This document shows, piece by piece, positions 17,831-25,653 of a stretch of DNA of 64,000 nucleotides. The notes beneath the pieces were generated by a model. It worked only from the letters and a program-made list of their open reading frames with translations, searched no databases and was not told where the DNA came from. The translations under genes and the position numbers were made by a program. Each line of letters starts with the position of its first letter. The stretch's first letter is position 1. The DNA comes from Bacteroidales bacterium (GTDB lineage: Bacteria > Bacteroidota > Bacteroidia > Bacteroidales > UBA3663): positions 1,447-65,446 of the forward strand of contig JAZQQU010000016.1 in the NCBI GenBank assembly GCA_045629225.1, in the 5' to 3' direction.

Positions 17831-17926
17831 ACCTCAAAACCTTAAGACCTTAAAACCTTAAAACCTCAAGACCTCAAAACCTTAGGACCTCAAGACCTCA
17901 AAACCTCAAAACCTCAAAACCTCGTT
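17831..17926. repeat. Octamer array ACCTYARR x12
   Basis: acctcaaa accttaag accttaaa accttaaa acctcaag acctcaaa accttagg acctcaag acctcaaa acctcaaa acctcaaa acctcgtt. The array runs into the stop codon of the OMP gene. Confidence 0.9.
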
Positions 17927-19655
17927 ACAACTTATAGCTTAGTGTGATGCTTGCTGCCTGGCGGTCATCGGGCCTATGGAATAGGGTGCCCACGTAGGCA
18001 CCTTGCGTGAGAATGGTGCGGGCATATTCACGATAGGTGTAGGCCAGCGTGGCGGTCAGCTTGTCATGACAGAAAGCTCGGCTGAGCTCGGCGCCCATAT
18101 CCATGCTGCGCCCGGCGTGCGAATAGAGGTCGATGGTGTTGCCCTCAGAGTAGTCGGCATGCAGCGCCATGCGGATGCCAGCTGCTAACTGTTGGTCGAG
18201 CCGAGCCTCCGTGGTGATGCCCCAGTGCTCTTTGGCCATGTTGATGGCGTAAGCAATGCGCTTGTCCCAGAGCAAGGTAGCCTTGGCAGTGACCTTGGTG
18301 CCAGCGACGGGTGTCCACTGCACCTCGGGAGCCACCGACCAGGCGCGACGTACGCCCTGATTGCCCCAGGTCGAGACACGCATGGGGTGTGGCAGTTCGC
18401 TCACATCGCTCTCGTTTACCATCCAGATGGCATTGAACCCGTCCTCCACGCGGATGTGCTGAGCTGTGGCGGTGAAAGTGGCGTGCTCTGCCCTGTGCTG
18501 ATAGACGAGCGACATGAGGTTGACGTGTGTGCCTTCGAGGTTCGGATTGCCGTAGTCTACCGTGTAGGGACCAATCACCCGGGCGGGGTTCAGAACCTCC
18601 AGGTAAGGACGTATTATGCGACGCACATACATGGCTGTGAGTGAGTTGCTCGGATTGATGTTCCATTGCAAGCGTGCCTGTGGTACGAAGTCGTGCAGTT
18701 TCTTGTCCCACATCTCGGTGTAGTCATACTCCAGACGGGCATTGGCTGTCAATGGTCCGATCTTGAGCAGGTAGCCTGCATAGAGGCCAGAGGTCTGGGT
18801 TGTGTGGCGGAATTGCTCGTCCATGTTCGTCAGACCATTCCACTGCTGGCGGTCATCGCTCTTGATGCGCTTATCTTCGTAGCGTGCGCCCAGCGTCAGT
18901 GACTGGCCTGAGACGAGTGGACGCAGCCATTCGAGTGTAGCAGAGTGCGTCTGTGTGCTGGCCTTGGTATGGAGTGAGTTGTCTGGCAAAGGCTTCTCGC
19001 CTGACGCGAAGTACTGATGCATTTCCCTTTCGTTTGCCACACGTTCGTAGCCATAGCGCAGGGTGAAGCTCTCGCCAGGTCGCTGTGTCGTGATTTGCCA
19101 TGCAGCCTCAGCTTTCACCTCATTGGCATCCCGAACGGGCATCAGCAGGCTCGAACTCAGCGGTACTGATGACTTGGAACTTATGGGGTTCGGCACAAAG
19201 CCTTCGATCATCTCTCCTGCACTCTCCATGTCGCGATGCAGGGCGTCAAGAGAGAGCGATAGGGAGTTGTGGGTGTCGATGCTTAGTTTTAGCTCTGTTC
19301 CGTAGGTGAGTGTGTAGCCTTTGCTCTGAAGGTCGGTGTGCGATGTGAAACTTTGACCAGAGCGATAGGTGTAGTCCAGAGTCTCAAGCTCTTCGGACGC
19401 GTCCTTGGTAATGCCCTTGATGCCTACATAGGGCTTCAACTGGAGCTTGTCATTCTTGATGTCTAAACTTACGTCAGCACCCCAAGGAGTGGCTGTGCCC
19501 AGGCCTCCGCCCAAAGCGGCCACACCCTGCACCTCTGTCTGAGCTGAAGCCACTGCGCTCACAAAGGCCATTGAAGCCAGCAGCGCCTCTCTCAAACCTT
19601 TCGAACCTTTCGATACCTTCAAACCCTTCAGGCTTCTCAAACAATGCTCTCTCAT
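17925..19655 (-). CDS. Outer-membrane beta-barrel protein (TonB-receptor-like barrel)
   Basis: YGNPNLEGTH motif, an alternating beta-strand pattern, and the signal peptide ...ALLASMAFVSAVASAQ. The N-terminal n-region is encoded by a nonamer repeat. Confidence 0.65.
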   Translation of the reverse strand: MREHCLRSLKGLKVSKGSKGLREALLASMAFVSAVASAQTEVQGVAALGGGLGTATPWGADVSLDIKNDKLQLKPYVGIKGITKDASEELETLDYTYRSGQSFTSHTDLQSKGYTLTYGTELKLSIDTHNSLSLSLDALHRDMESAGEMIEGFVPNPISSKSSVPLSSSLLMPVRDANEVKAEAAWQITTQRPGESFTLRYGYERVANEREMHQYFASGEKPLPDNSLHTKASTQTHSATLEWLRPLVSGQSLTLGARYEDKRIKSDDRQQWNGLTNMDEQFRHTTQTSGLYAGYLLKIGPLTANARLEYDYTEMWDKKLHDFVPQARLQWNINPSNSLTAMYVRRIIRPYLEVLNPARVIGPYTVDYGNPNLEGTHVNLMSLVYQHRAEHATFTATAQHIRVEDGFNAIWMVNESDVSELPHPMRVSTWGNQGVRRAWSVAPEVQWTPVAGTKVTAKATLLWDKRIAYAINMAKEHWGITTEARLDQQLAAGIRMALHADYSEGNTIDLYSHAGRSMDMGAELSRAFCHDKLTATLAYTYREYARTILTQGAYVGTLFHRPDDRQAASITLSYKL

Positions 19656-20503
19656 TTCTTTGCGTACTTGATGATTCCTACATAACAGAGCAGCACCACA
19701 TTCATCATCAGTGCGTAGAGGATGGCAGGGATGGCAAAGCGTCCGTCATTGAATACAAATGGGCTCGAAGCGATGGCGATGGCCTGAGCGGCATTCTGCA
19801 TGCCCACCTCGATGTTGATAGTGCGACGTTCCTGAGTGTTCAAGCGGAACAACACGCCCAATAGAGCGGCCAGACCGATGGCGCACAGTAGCAGGATGGT
19901 TACGGCCGAGCCAAGTGACAGCAGATTGTCGGCTATCGTCTGGCGGTGCTGTACGAAGAAGACACCTGCCAGCAGCATCAGTGCAGGGAAGGCCAGCTTG
20001 GACAATACGCGCTCCGTGCGGGCAGCAGCCTTAGGCCACCAGTGGCGAACGCCTATGCCTAATAGGATGGGCAACAACATGGTGACCAGATTCTGCATCA
20101 GCAGGTTGCCTACAGGCAGCGTGATGCTCGACGCCTCGCCCACCGCTGTGGTCACCCACTGCATGATCATGGGTACAGTAACGAGCGTGATGAGGCTGCT
20201 AAGTGCCGTGAGCGAAACGGAGAGGGCCACGTCGCCCTTGGCAAGCATCGAGAAGATGTTGCTTGAACTGCCACCAGGGCAGCAGGCTATCAGAACCAGA
20301 CCGATGGTGAAAATGGGCGGCAGGTCCATCATGTCGGCTACGAGCCAGGCCAATACGGGTAAAATCACAAGTTGGCCAAGCATGCCAGCCAGCACTGCTT
20401 TGAAACGGTGCAGTACCAAGACGAAATCCTTGCCCTCAAGCGTCAGTCCGAGGTCGAACATCAGGATAGTGAGAATGGGCAGGACAATAAAAATACTGTT
20501 CAT
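19652..20503 (-). CDS. Bile acid:sodium symporter (BASS/SBF) family transporter
   Basis: ACCPGGSSSNIFSMLAKGDVALSVSLTA motif and a polytopic membrane profile. Confidence 0.8.
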   Translation of the reverse strand: MNSIFIVLPILTILMFDLGLTLEGKDFVLVLHRFKAVLAGMLGQLVILPVLAWLVADMMDLPPIFTIGLVLIACCPGGSSSNIFSMLAKGDVALSVSLTALSSLITLVTVPMIMQWVTTAVGEASSITLPVGNLLMQNLVTMLLPILLGIGVRHWWPKAAARTERVLSKLAFPALMLLAGVFFVQHRQTIADNLLSLGSAVTILLLCAIGLAALLGVLFRLNTQERRTINIEVGMQNAAQAIAIASSPFVFNDGRFAIPAILYALMMNVVLLCYVGIIKYAKK

Positions 20504-20508
20504 ATCAG

Positions 20509-21867
20509 TTAAAAGTTGTGAGTAGTTGCTTTGAAGTTAGTCCCTCCGCTCACTCGCAGGAAGCGCCACAGATAGAGCAGCGCAGCCGTGGTGAGACCAA
20601 AGGGGAAGCCCATCCATACACCGAAGGCCCCCCAGCCGAGGGTAACGCCCAGCAGGTAGCTGAGAGGTAGTGAGATGATGAGGTAGGCAATGGTGGAGTA
20701 TTTCATCAGCTTCTTCACGTCGCCCAAGCCGCGCAGGGCATTGGCAAAGGTGCACTGCATGCCATCGCCGAACTGATAGAGTACCAGTGGGATGGCCAGC
20801 GTGGCCACAATCGTAGCCACCTCCTCGCTGTCAGTGAAGAGTACTGAGATGTCGTGCCTGAAGCTGAATGCAACCACACTGAGCACCAAGCCAAGCACTG
20901 CAATCATCTCGTAGCCCGCAAAGGCAGCGTGACGCACGCCTCGCATGTCGTTCAGTCCATTGTAGTTGCTCACGCGTATAGACACCGCTGTCGAAACGCC
21001 GATGTAGAACATGAAGATCAGGTTGGCCATATTGATCATCACCTGATGGGCAGCCAACGTATTGGTGCCCATCCAGCCCAAGAAGATTGCTACCAGGGCG
21101 AACGAGGCTGTCTCCACACCCATCTGGAAGGCAATGGGCCAGCCCAGACGATTGAGCAACAGACAGTCGCGCATGTTGGCATGCGCCTTGCCCCATTCGG
21201 ATACATACTCCCGATATTTGGGACGATAGAAGAAGATCAACGCGCTCAGCACCAGTATCACCACCCTCGACGAGAAGGTCGCCCATGCTGCTCCCTCAAT
21301 GCCCATCTCAGGAAAACCCAGGTGACCGAAGATCAGCACCCAGTTGAAGAAAATGTTCCACACGTTGCCTATGAGCATCGTGGTCATGGCCACAGAGGTG
21401 TCGTTGATGCTGTCCGTGAACTGCTTGAAGGCACCGCTGCATGCCATCAGGGGGAGCGAAAGCAGCTGAATGACCAGGTAAGGCTTCATCAGAGGCAGTA
21501 GCTCCTCAGGTTGCCCCATGTAGGGCAGGGCGAAGTACAGTCCCACCAGTACTGAGGCTATGAGCAGACCCTGCAGTGTGTCGGTGATGAGCGAGCTCTT
21601 CAGTACCGAGGCTATGCGGTCCTTGCGCCCTTGGGTGTAGAGCGAACCGATCACAGGCATGGCACCCGTTGAGAAACCGATGGTGAGTAGCAGCGCCAGG
21701 ATGAAAAGATTGTTGACAAAGCCTGCTGCAGCCAGCTCCTCAGTGGAGTGTTGTCCCACCATGATGTTGTCGGCCAGATTCTGTAGCGTGATGCCTACTT
21801 GACCGATGGTGATGGGGATGCCCAGTCGCACCAGTGCTTTGTATTCTTGTGGATAATATAGTCGCAT
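20509..21867 (-). CDS. MATE family efflux transporter
   Basis: N-terminus YKALVRLGIPITIGQVGITLQNLADNIMVG and a 12-TM profile. Confidence 0.85.
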   Translation of the reverse strand: MRLYYPQEYKALVRLGIPITIGQVGITLQNLADNIMVGQHSTEELAAAGFVNNLFILALLLTIGFSTGAMPVIGSLYTQGRKDRIASVLKSSLITDTLQGLLIASVLVGLYFALPYMGQPEELLPLMKPYLVIQLLSLPLMACSGAFKQFTDSINDTSVAMTTMLIGNVWNIFFNWVLIFGHLGFPEMGIEGAAWATFSSRVVILVLSALIFFYRPKYREYVSEWGKAHANMRDCLLLNRLGWPIAFQMGVETASFALVAIFLGWMGTNTLAAHQVMINMANLIFMFYIGVSTAVSIRVSNYNGLNDMRGVRHAAFAGYEMIAVLGLVLSVVAFSFRHDISVLFTDSEEVATIVATLAIPLVLYQFGDGMQCTFANALRGLGDVKKLMKYSTIAYLIISLPLSYLLGVTLGWGAFGVWMGFPFGLTTAALLYLWRFLRVSGGTNFKATTHNF

Positions 21868-22341
21868 ACGAAGGAGATATATTTATGCAGACGCGAAGAT
21901 ACTCATTTTCCTTCATATTTCCTACACTTGCCATCCTTTTGTTGCAAATTATCCAATCTTTTCTTCACAATCATTGGCAAATGCCATCTTTGCCGTGCGA
22001 TTGACAGCTCGTTGTGCGTCCACATTAACTTGCCGGCAATCTTGTCACGCTTCTGTGCGTCCATAGTATTCTGCTCAGGATGTTGGTGCGTCATTTTGTC
22101 TGCTCGGAGGTCTGTCTGACGTCCAGGAGGCTGTTCGTGCGGAGTGACCGGATAATTATATTAGGTTCGCCTGCACCAATGGGTACACAGATGGGCTCGC
22201 GCACATATTAAGTCGATAACAGGCTATTGTTTGCTGGAGCTCGACATTGGGTATTGTCCAACGTCATTATGTCATTTTCCGCGCATTTGATACTCTCTGT
22301 CACCAAAAGCGTAGATTTTTCTTTGCTTTTTGGGTCGAAAA

Positions 22342-22373
22342 TTTGTTTTTTTCGGTATAAAGCAGTATCTTTG
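22342..22373 (+). promoter_or_regulatory. Consensus promoter of the peptidase-PqqD-kinase-ABC operon
   Basis: TTTG at 22342-22345 and TATCTTTG at 22366-22373, with a 20-nt spacer. Confidence 0.65.
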
Positions 22374-22441
22374 CAGCATTAAAAACGAAAACTGAGACGA
22401 AGACGAAAACGCTAGAGGAGATCCTGCAGGAGCAGGGAAAG

Positions 22442-22900
22442 TTGGTTTATACCAATGTGGGCACCAGTATGATGCCCCTGTTGCGTGAGCGCCGTGACTT
22501 GCTGATCATCGCTCCGAAGCCGGAGGGTAGGCTGCGGTTGTGGGACGTGCCGCTATACAAACGCGACAACGGACAGTATATCATGCACCGTGTGCTCTGG
22601 GTGCGTCGCGATGACTACTTGATATGTGGCGACAACCAGTGGCACATTGAGCGTGGCATACAGGACCGCCACATCATTGGTGTGCTCGAAGCTGTGCAAC
22701 GCGATGGCCGAGTACTGCCCGTTCGACCAACGCCTGAGTATCCTCATGTGCCCCTCAGATACCGATTGTATGTGGCGTTGTGGTGTCTGGGATTCCCTGT
22801 GCGTTGTCCGCTGTTGTTCCTGACACAGAGCTGGCAGAGGGCAAGGTGGTACTACAGACACGGGTTGCTGGGTAAGAAGTTGAGGCAGAAGTTTTCTTGA
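22442..22900 (+). CDS. S24/S26-family serine peptidase (LexA/SipW-like)
   Basis: GTSMMP (nucleophile Ser), PLYKR...YIMHRV (Lys or His general base) and CGDN. The only plausible start that keeps the Ser is TTG at 22442. The frame is open from 22361 but contains no ATG. Confidence 0.65.
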   Translation: MVYTNVGTSMMPLLRERRDLLIIAPKPEGRLRLWDVPLYKRDNGQYIMHRVLWVRRDDYLICGDNQWHIERGIQDRHIIGVLEAVQRDGRVLPVRPTPEYPHVPLRYRLYVALWCLGFPVRCPLLFLTQSWQRARWYYRHGLLGKKLRQKFS

Positions 22901-22941
22901 AAAAACAATTCGAGTACAAGCAAAAACATAAACACGAAGAT

Positions 22942-23208
22942 ATGAAACTGAAATACAAGATGGGTGTGCAGCACATCCTTGATTTTTGGGCAGCTGTGCC
23001 TGTGGGAGCGGATGCCAAGCGCTATAGTGGTGTGATGTCGCTTAACGAGACTGCTAAGGATATGATTGAGATGCTCAACGATGAGATCACTGAGGACGAG
23101 ATGGTCAGACGTCTGCTGGCTGAGTATGATGTGACCGAGGAAGAGCTTCGTCCACATGTGCGCGAGTTGCTGGACAAACTGAGGGCTGAGAATTTGCTGG
23201 TGGAGTGA
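22942..23208 (+). CDS. PqqD-family protein (RiPP recognition element-like)
   Basis: About 88 aa. LNETAKDMIEMLNDEITEDEMVRRLLAEYDVTEEELRPHVRELLDKLRAENLL matches the PqqD pattern. I use ATG at 22942; the track ORF begins at TTG 22897. Confidence 0.7.
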   Translation: MKLKYKMGVQHILDFWAAVPVGADAKRYSGVMSLNETAKDMIEMLNDEITEDEMVRRLLAEYDVTEEELRPHVRELLDKLRAENLLVE

Positions 23209-23951
23209 TGAGAACAGGCACTTACCTCCTTGCCGACGTCCCTGTCGAAATCACCTCACTCCACGACGAGGTGCACCTGATGTGTGCTGACTACCGCACA
23301 GACCGATCTGCCGAACTGACCATTGTGACTACACAGGACGACATCGAGGAGGAATGTCGTCAGAGCGATGAGCAGCGCCAGGCAGAAGGCTTGCCTCCCT
23401 ATCACTACGATGATGCCTATCTGGAGACGCTGGCCGTGTATCGCAAGCTGGCTGCACAGCTGATGCAGCAGGGTGTGCTGCTGATGCATGGCTCGGTGAT
23501 AGCTGTGGATGGCGAGGGCTACCTCTTCACGGCATTGAGCGGCACAGGAAAGAGTACTCATGTGCGCCTATGGCGTCGTCTGTTCGGTGAGCGTGCAGTG
23601 ATGGTGAACGATGATAAGCCTTTGGTGCGAGTCGTGTCGGATGCAGCAAGCCCTCTGGTCTATGGCACTCCCTGGGACGGCAAGCATCACCTGAGTAACA
23701 ACATTGCAGTGCCACTGAAGTCTATCGTATATCTGGAGCGTGGCGAGCAGAACGAGATTCACCGCGTGGATGTGCGCACTATCTTCCCAGTTCTGATGCA
23801 GCAGACCTATCATGGCGAAACTTCGTCGGGCACGCTACAGGCTATGGCGCTGCTTGGCGAGTTGGTCAAGAAGGTGAAATTCTACGATTTGCACTGCAAT
23901 ATGAACCCTGAAGCTGCCCGTGTGGCCTACGAGGGCATGCAGACTGATTGA
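23208..23951 (+). CDS. HPr kinase C-terminal-domain-like P-loop protein (HprK-related kinase)
   Basis: MHGSVIAVDGEGYLFTALSGTGKSTHV...AVMVNDD parallels HprK's HG..v...g.GvLi.G.SG.GKS...LvaDD. The ATG overlaps the PqqD stop (TGATG). Confidence 0.6.
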   Translation: MRTGTYLLADVPVEITSLHDEVHLMCADYRTDRSAELTIVTTQDDIEEECRQSDEQRQAEGLPPYHYDDAYLETLAVYRKLAAQLMQQGVLLMHGSVIAVDGEGYLFTALSGTGKSTHVRLWRRLFGERAVMVNDDKPLVRVVSDAASPLVYGTPWDGKHHLSNNIAVPLKSIVYLERGEQNEIHRVDVRTIFPVLMQQTYHGETSSGTLQAMALLGELVKKVKFYDLHCNMNPEAARVAYEGMQTD

Positions 23952-23956
23952 ACATA

Positions 23957-25540
23957 ATGAAAAAACAACTCCTTTGGTTATACAGCCAGACCCGAGGTCA
24001 TCGTGTGCAGCTCTTCTTAGGCGTGGCGCTGGGCTTGATACATATCGTGTTAGGCCTGCTTTTTATCTACGTTAGCAAGGGGTTGGTGGACATCGCCACC
24101 GGGCTGAGGCAGGGTGATATGTGGCAGCAGGTGGGCTTGCTGGCCGCCATGCTGGTGCTGCGGCTGGGCGTCACCGCCTGGCGTCACTGGGTGAGCGAAC
24201 GCGTCACAATCCGGCTCACCAACGCGCTTCGTCATCGCCTCTTCTTGCGGGTGATGAGTGGCCAGTGGCAGGGGCGTGAATCGATGGCTTCGGGCGACGT
24301 TATGAGCCGTCTGGGCGAGGACCTGCGCGTGGTGGTGTCGTGCATCTGTAGCGATATACCATCGATCGTGATGTCGCTCTTCCAGGTGCTGGCTGCCTCG
24401 TGGTTTCTCTTCACCATGCAGCCTATGCTGCTGTGGGTGCTGCTCTGTATCTTCCCTATAGCACTGCTGATCAGCAAGGTCTACTATCGCACCATGCGCA
24501 GGCTGACCAAGGTGTATCGCCAACAGGAGGCCGACATACAGAGCCAGATGCAGGAGTCGGTGCAGAACCGTCCGCTGCTGCTTTCGCTGCAACGCGTGGG
24601 ACTGATGGGAGAGAAACTGGCCAAACTGCAACAGCTGCTTTATGGCACCAGCATCGAACGTCTGCATTTCAACATTCGTACCCGATTCCTTATACAGGCT
24701 GGTTTCAGTGCAGGCTACTACACAGCCTTCGTATGGGGTGCGCACGGCATCATGACGGGTGTGGTGACCTACGGCATGATGACCGCCTTTCTGCAACTGG
24801 TGGCCCAGGTGCAGCGACCTATCCTTGACCTGAGTTCCTTATTGCCAGGCCTGGTCCAGAGTCTCACAGCCGTGGAGCGCCTGCAACTGTTGGCCTCGAT
24901 GCCTCAGGAGAGGGATATTGACAACAGCACGCAGGTCAAGGAGATTGTGCTCAAGGACGTGTGCTACCACTATCCGGGCGATGATCGCTTGGTCCTTGAC
25001 CACCTCAGCGTTCGCTTCCCTGCAGGTAGCAGCACCGCCATTGTGGGGCCTACAGGGTCGGGCAAGAGTACCTTGATTCGACTGTTGCTCCAGCTGCTGC
25101 AACCTACGAGTGGCACCATCCAGACGTCGCGTAGTTCCATCTGTTATGTGCCTCAGGGCAACAGCCTGCTGCGCGGTACCATACGCGAAAACCTGCTGCT
25201 TGGCAAACTCGATGCTACTGAGGAGGAGATGCGCGATGCCCTGCACCGAGCCTCGGCGGATTTCGTCTATGACCTGGCACGCGGCCTCGATACTCGTTGC
25301 GGTGAGAAGGGCAGTGGCCTCTCCGAAGGACAGGCACAGCGCATAGCTATAGCCCGTGCTCTATTGCAGCCAGGTTCGGTGCTGATCATGGACGAGGCTT
25401 CGTCGGCTCTCGACCCTGACACCGAGCATCAGATACTCGAAGAGCTACAACAGCACGATCTGGGCAAGACGCTGATCTGGGTGACTCACCATGACATTGT
25501 GCGGCAATACATGCAGCATTGTCTGGAGATCAATTCGTAA
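23957..25540 (+). CDS. ABC exporter, fused permease/ATPase
   Basis: N-terminal TM domain, Walker A GPTGSGKST, signature LSEGQAQR and Walker B LIMDEASSALD. The ATG lies 6 nt after the kinase stop. Confidence 0.85.
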   Translation: MKKQLLWLYSQTRGHRVQLFLGVALGLIHIVLGLLFIYVSKGLVDIATGLRQGDMWQQVGLLAAMLVLRLGVTAWRHWVSERVTIRLTNALRHRLFLRVMSGQWQGRESMASGDVMSRLGEDLRVVVSCICSDIPSIVMSLFQVLAASWFLFTMQPMLLWVLLCIFPIALLISKVYYRTMRRLTKVYRQQEADIQSQMQESVQNRPLLLSLQRVGLMGEKLAKLQQLLYGTSIERLHFNIRTRFLIQAGFSAGYYTAFVWGAHGIMTGVVTYGMMTAFLQLVAQVQRPILDLSSLLPGLVQSLTAVERLQLLASMPQERDIDNSTQVKEIVLKDVCYHYPGDDRLVLDHLSVRFPAGSSTAIVGPTGSGKSTLIRLLLQLLQPTSGTIQTSRSSICYVPQGNSLLRGTIRENLLLGKLDATEEEMRDALHRASADFVYDLARGLDTRCGEKGSGLSEGQAQRIAIARALLQPGSVLIMDEASSALDPDTEHQILEELQQHDLGKTLIWVTHHDIVRQYMQHCLEINS

Positions 25541-25561
25541 GATATCTTCAGATTCCACAAC

Positions 25562-25651
25562 CCCTTCAAACTCCTCGAACTCCTCGAACTCCTTAAACTC
25601 TTCGAATTTCTCAAACTTTTCGAACTCATCAAACCCCTTAAACTCAATACC
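25562..25651. repeat. Nonamer array CTCYTCRAA x10, forming the 5' leader of the LOG-family gene
   Basis: Units start at 25562, 25571, 25580, 25589, 25598, 25607, 25616, 25625, 25634 and 25643. The array ends 3 nt before the ATG at 25654. Confidence 0.9.
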
Positions 25652-25653
25652 CT

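Noticed and set aside
11156-21500. Many long antisense or alternate-frame ORFs inside the GH31, GH43, aminotransferase, OMP and MATE genes (for example 14026-15078 and 20854-21501).
   Set aside because: These are shadow ORFs typical of GC-rich coding DNA. Each is fully contained in a gene with clear family motifs on the other frame or strand.
21903-22094. 63-aa ORF (MTHQHPEQNTMDAQKRDKIAGKLMWTHNELSIARQRWHL...) upstream of the MATE gene.
   Set aside because: There is no recognisable family or promoter motif. It lies in a divergent control region and could be a gene remnant, but I cannot support it.
22269-22382. 37-aa ORF (MSFSAHLILSVTKSVDFSLLFGSKICFFRYKAVSLQH) as a candidate precursor peptide for the PqqD operon.
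   Set aside because: It spans the predicted -33/-7 promoter boxes, so it would lie upstream of the transcript start. Its T-rich composition explains the open frame.
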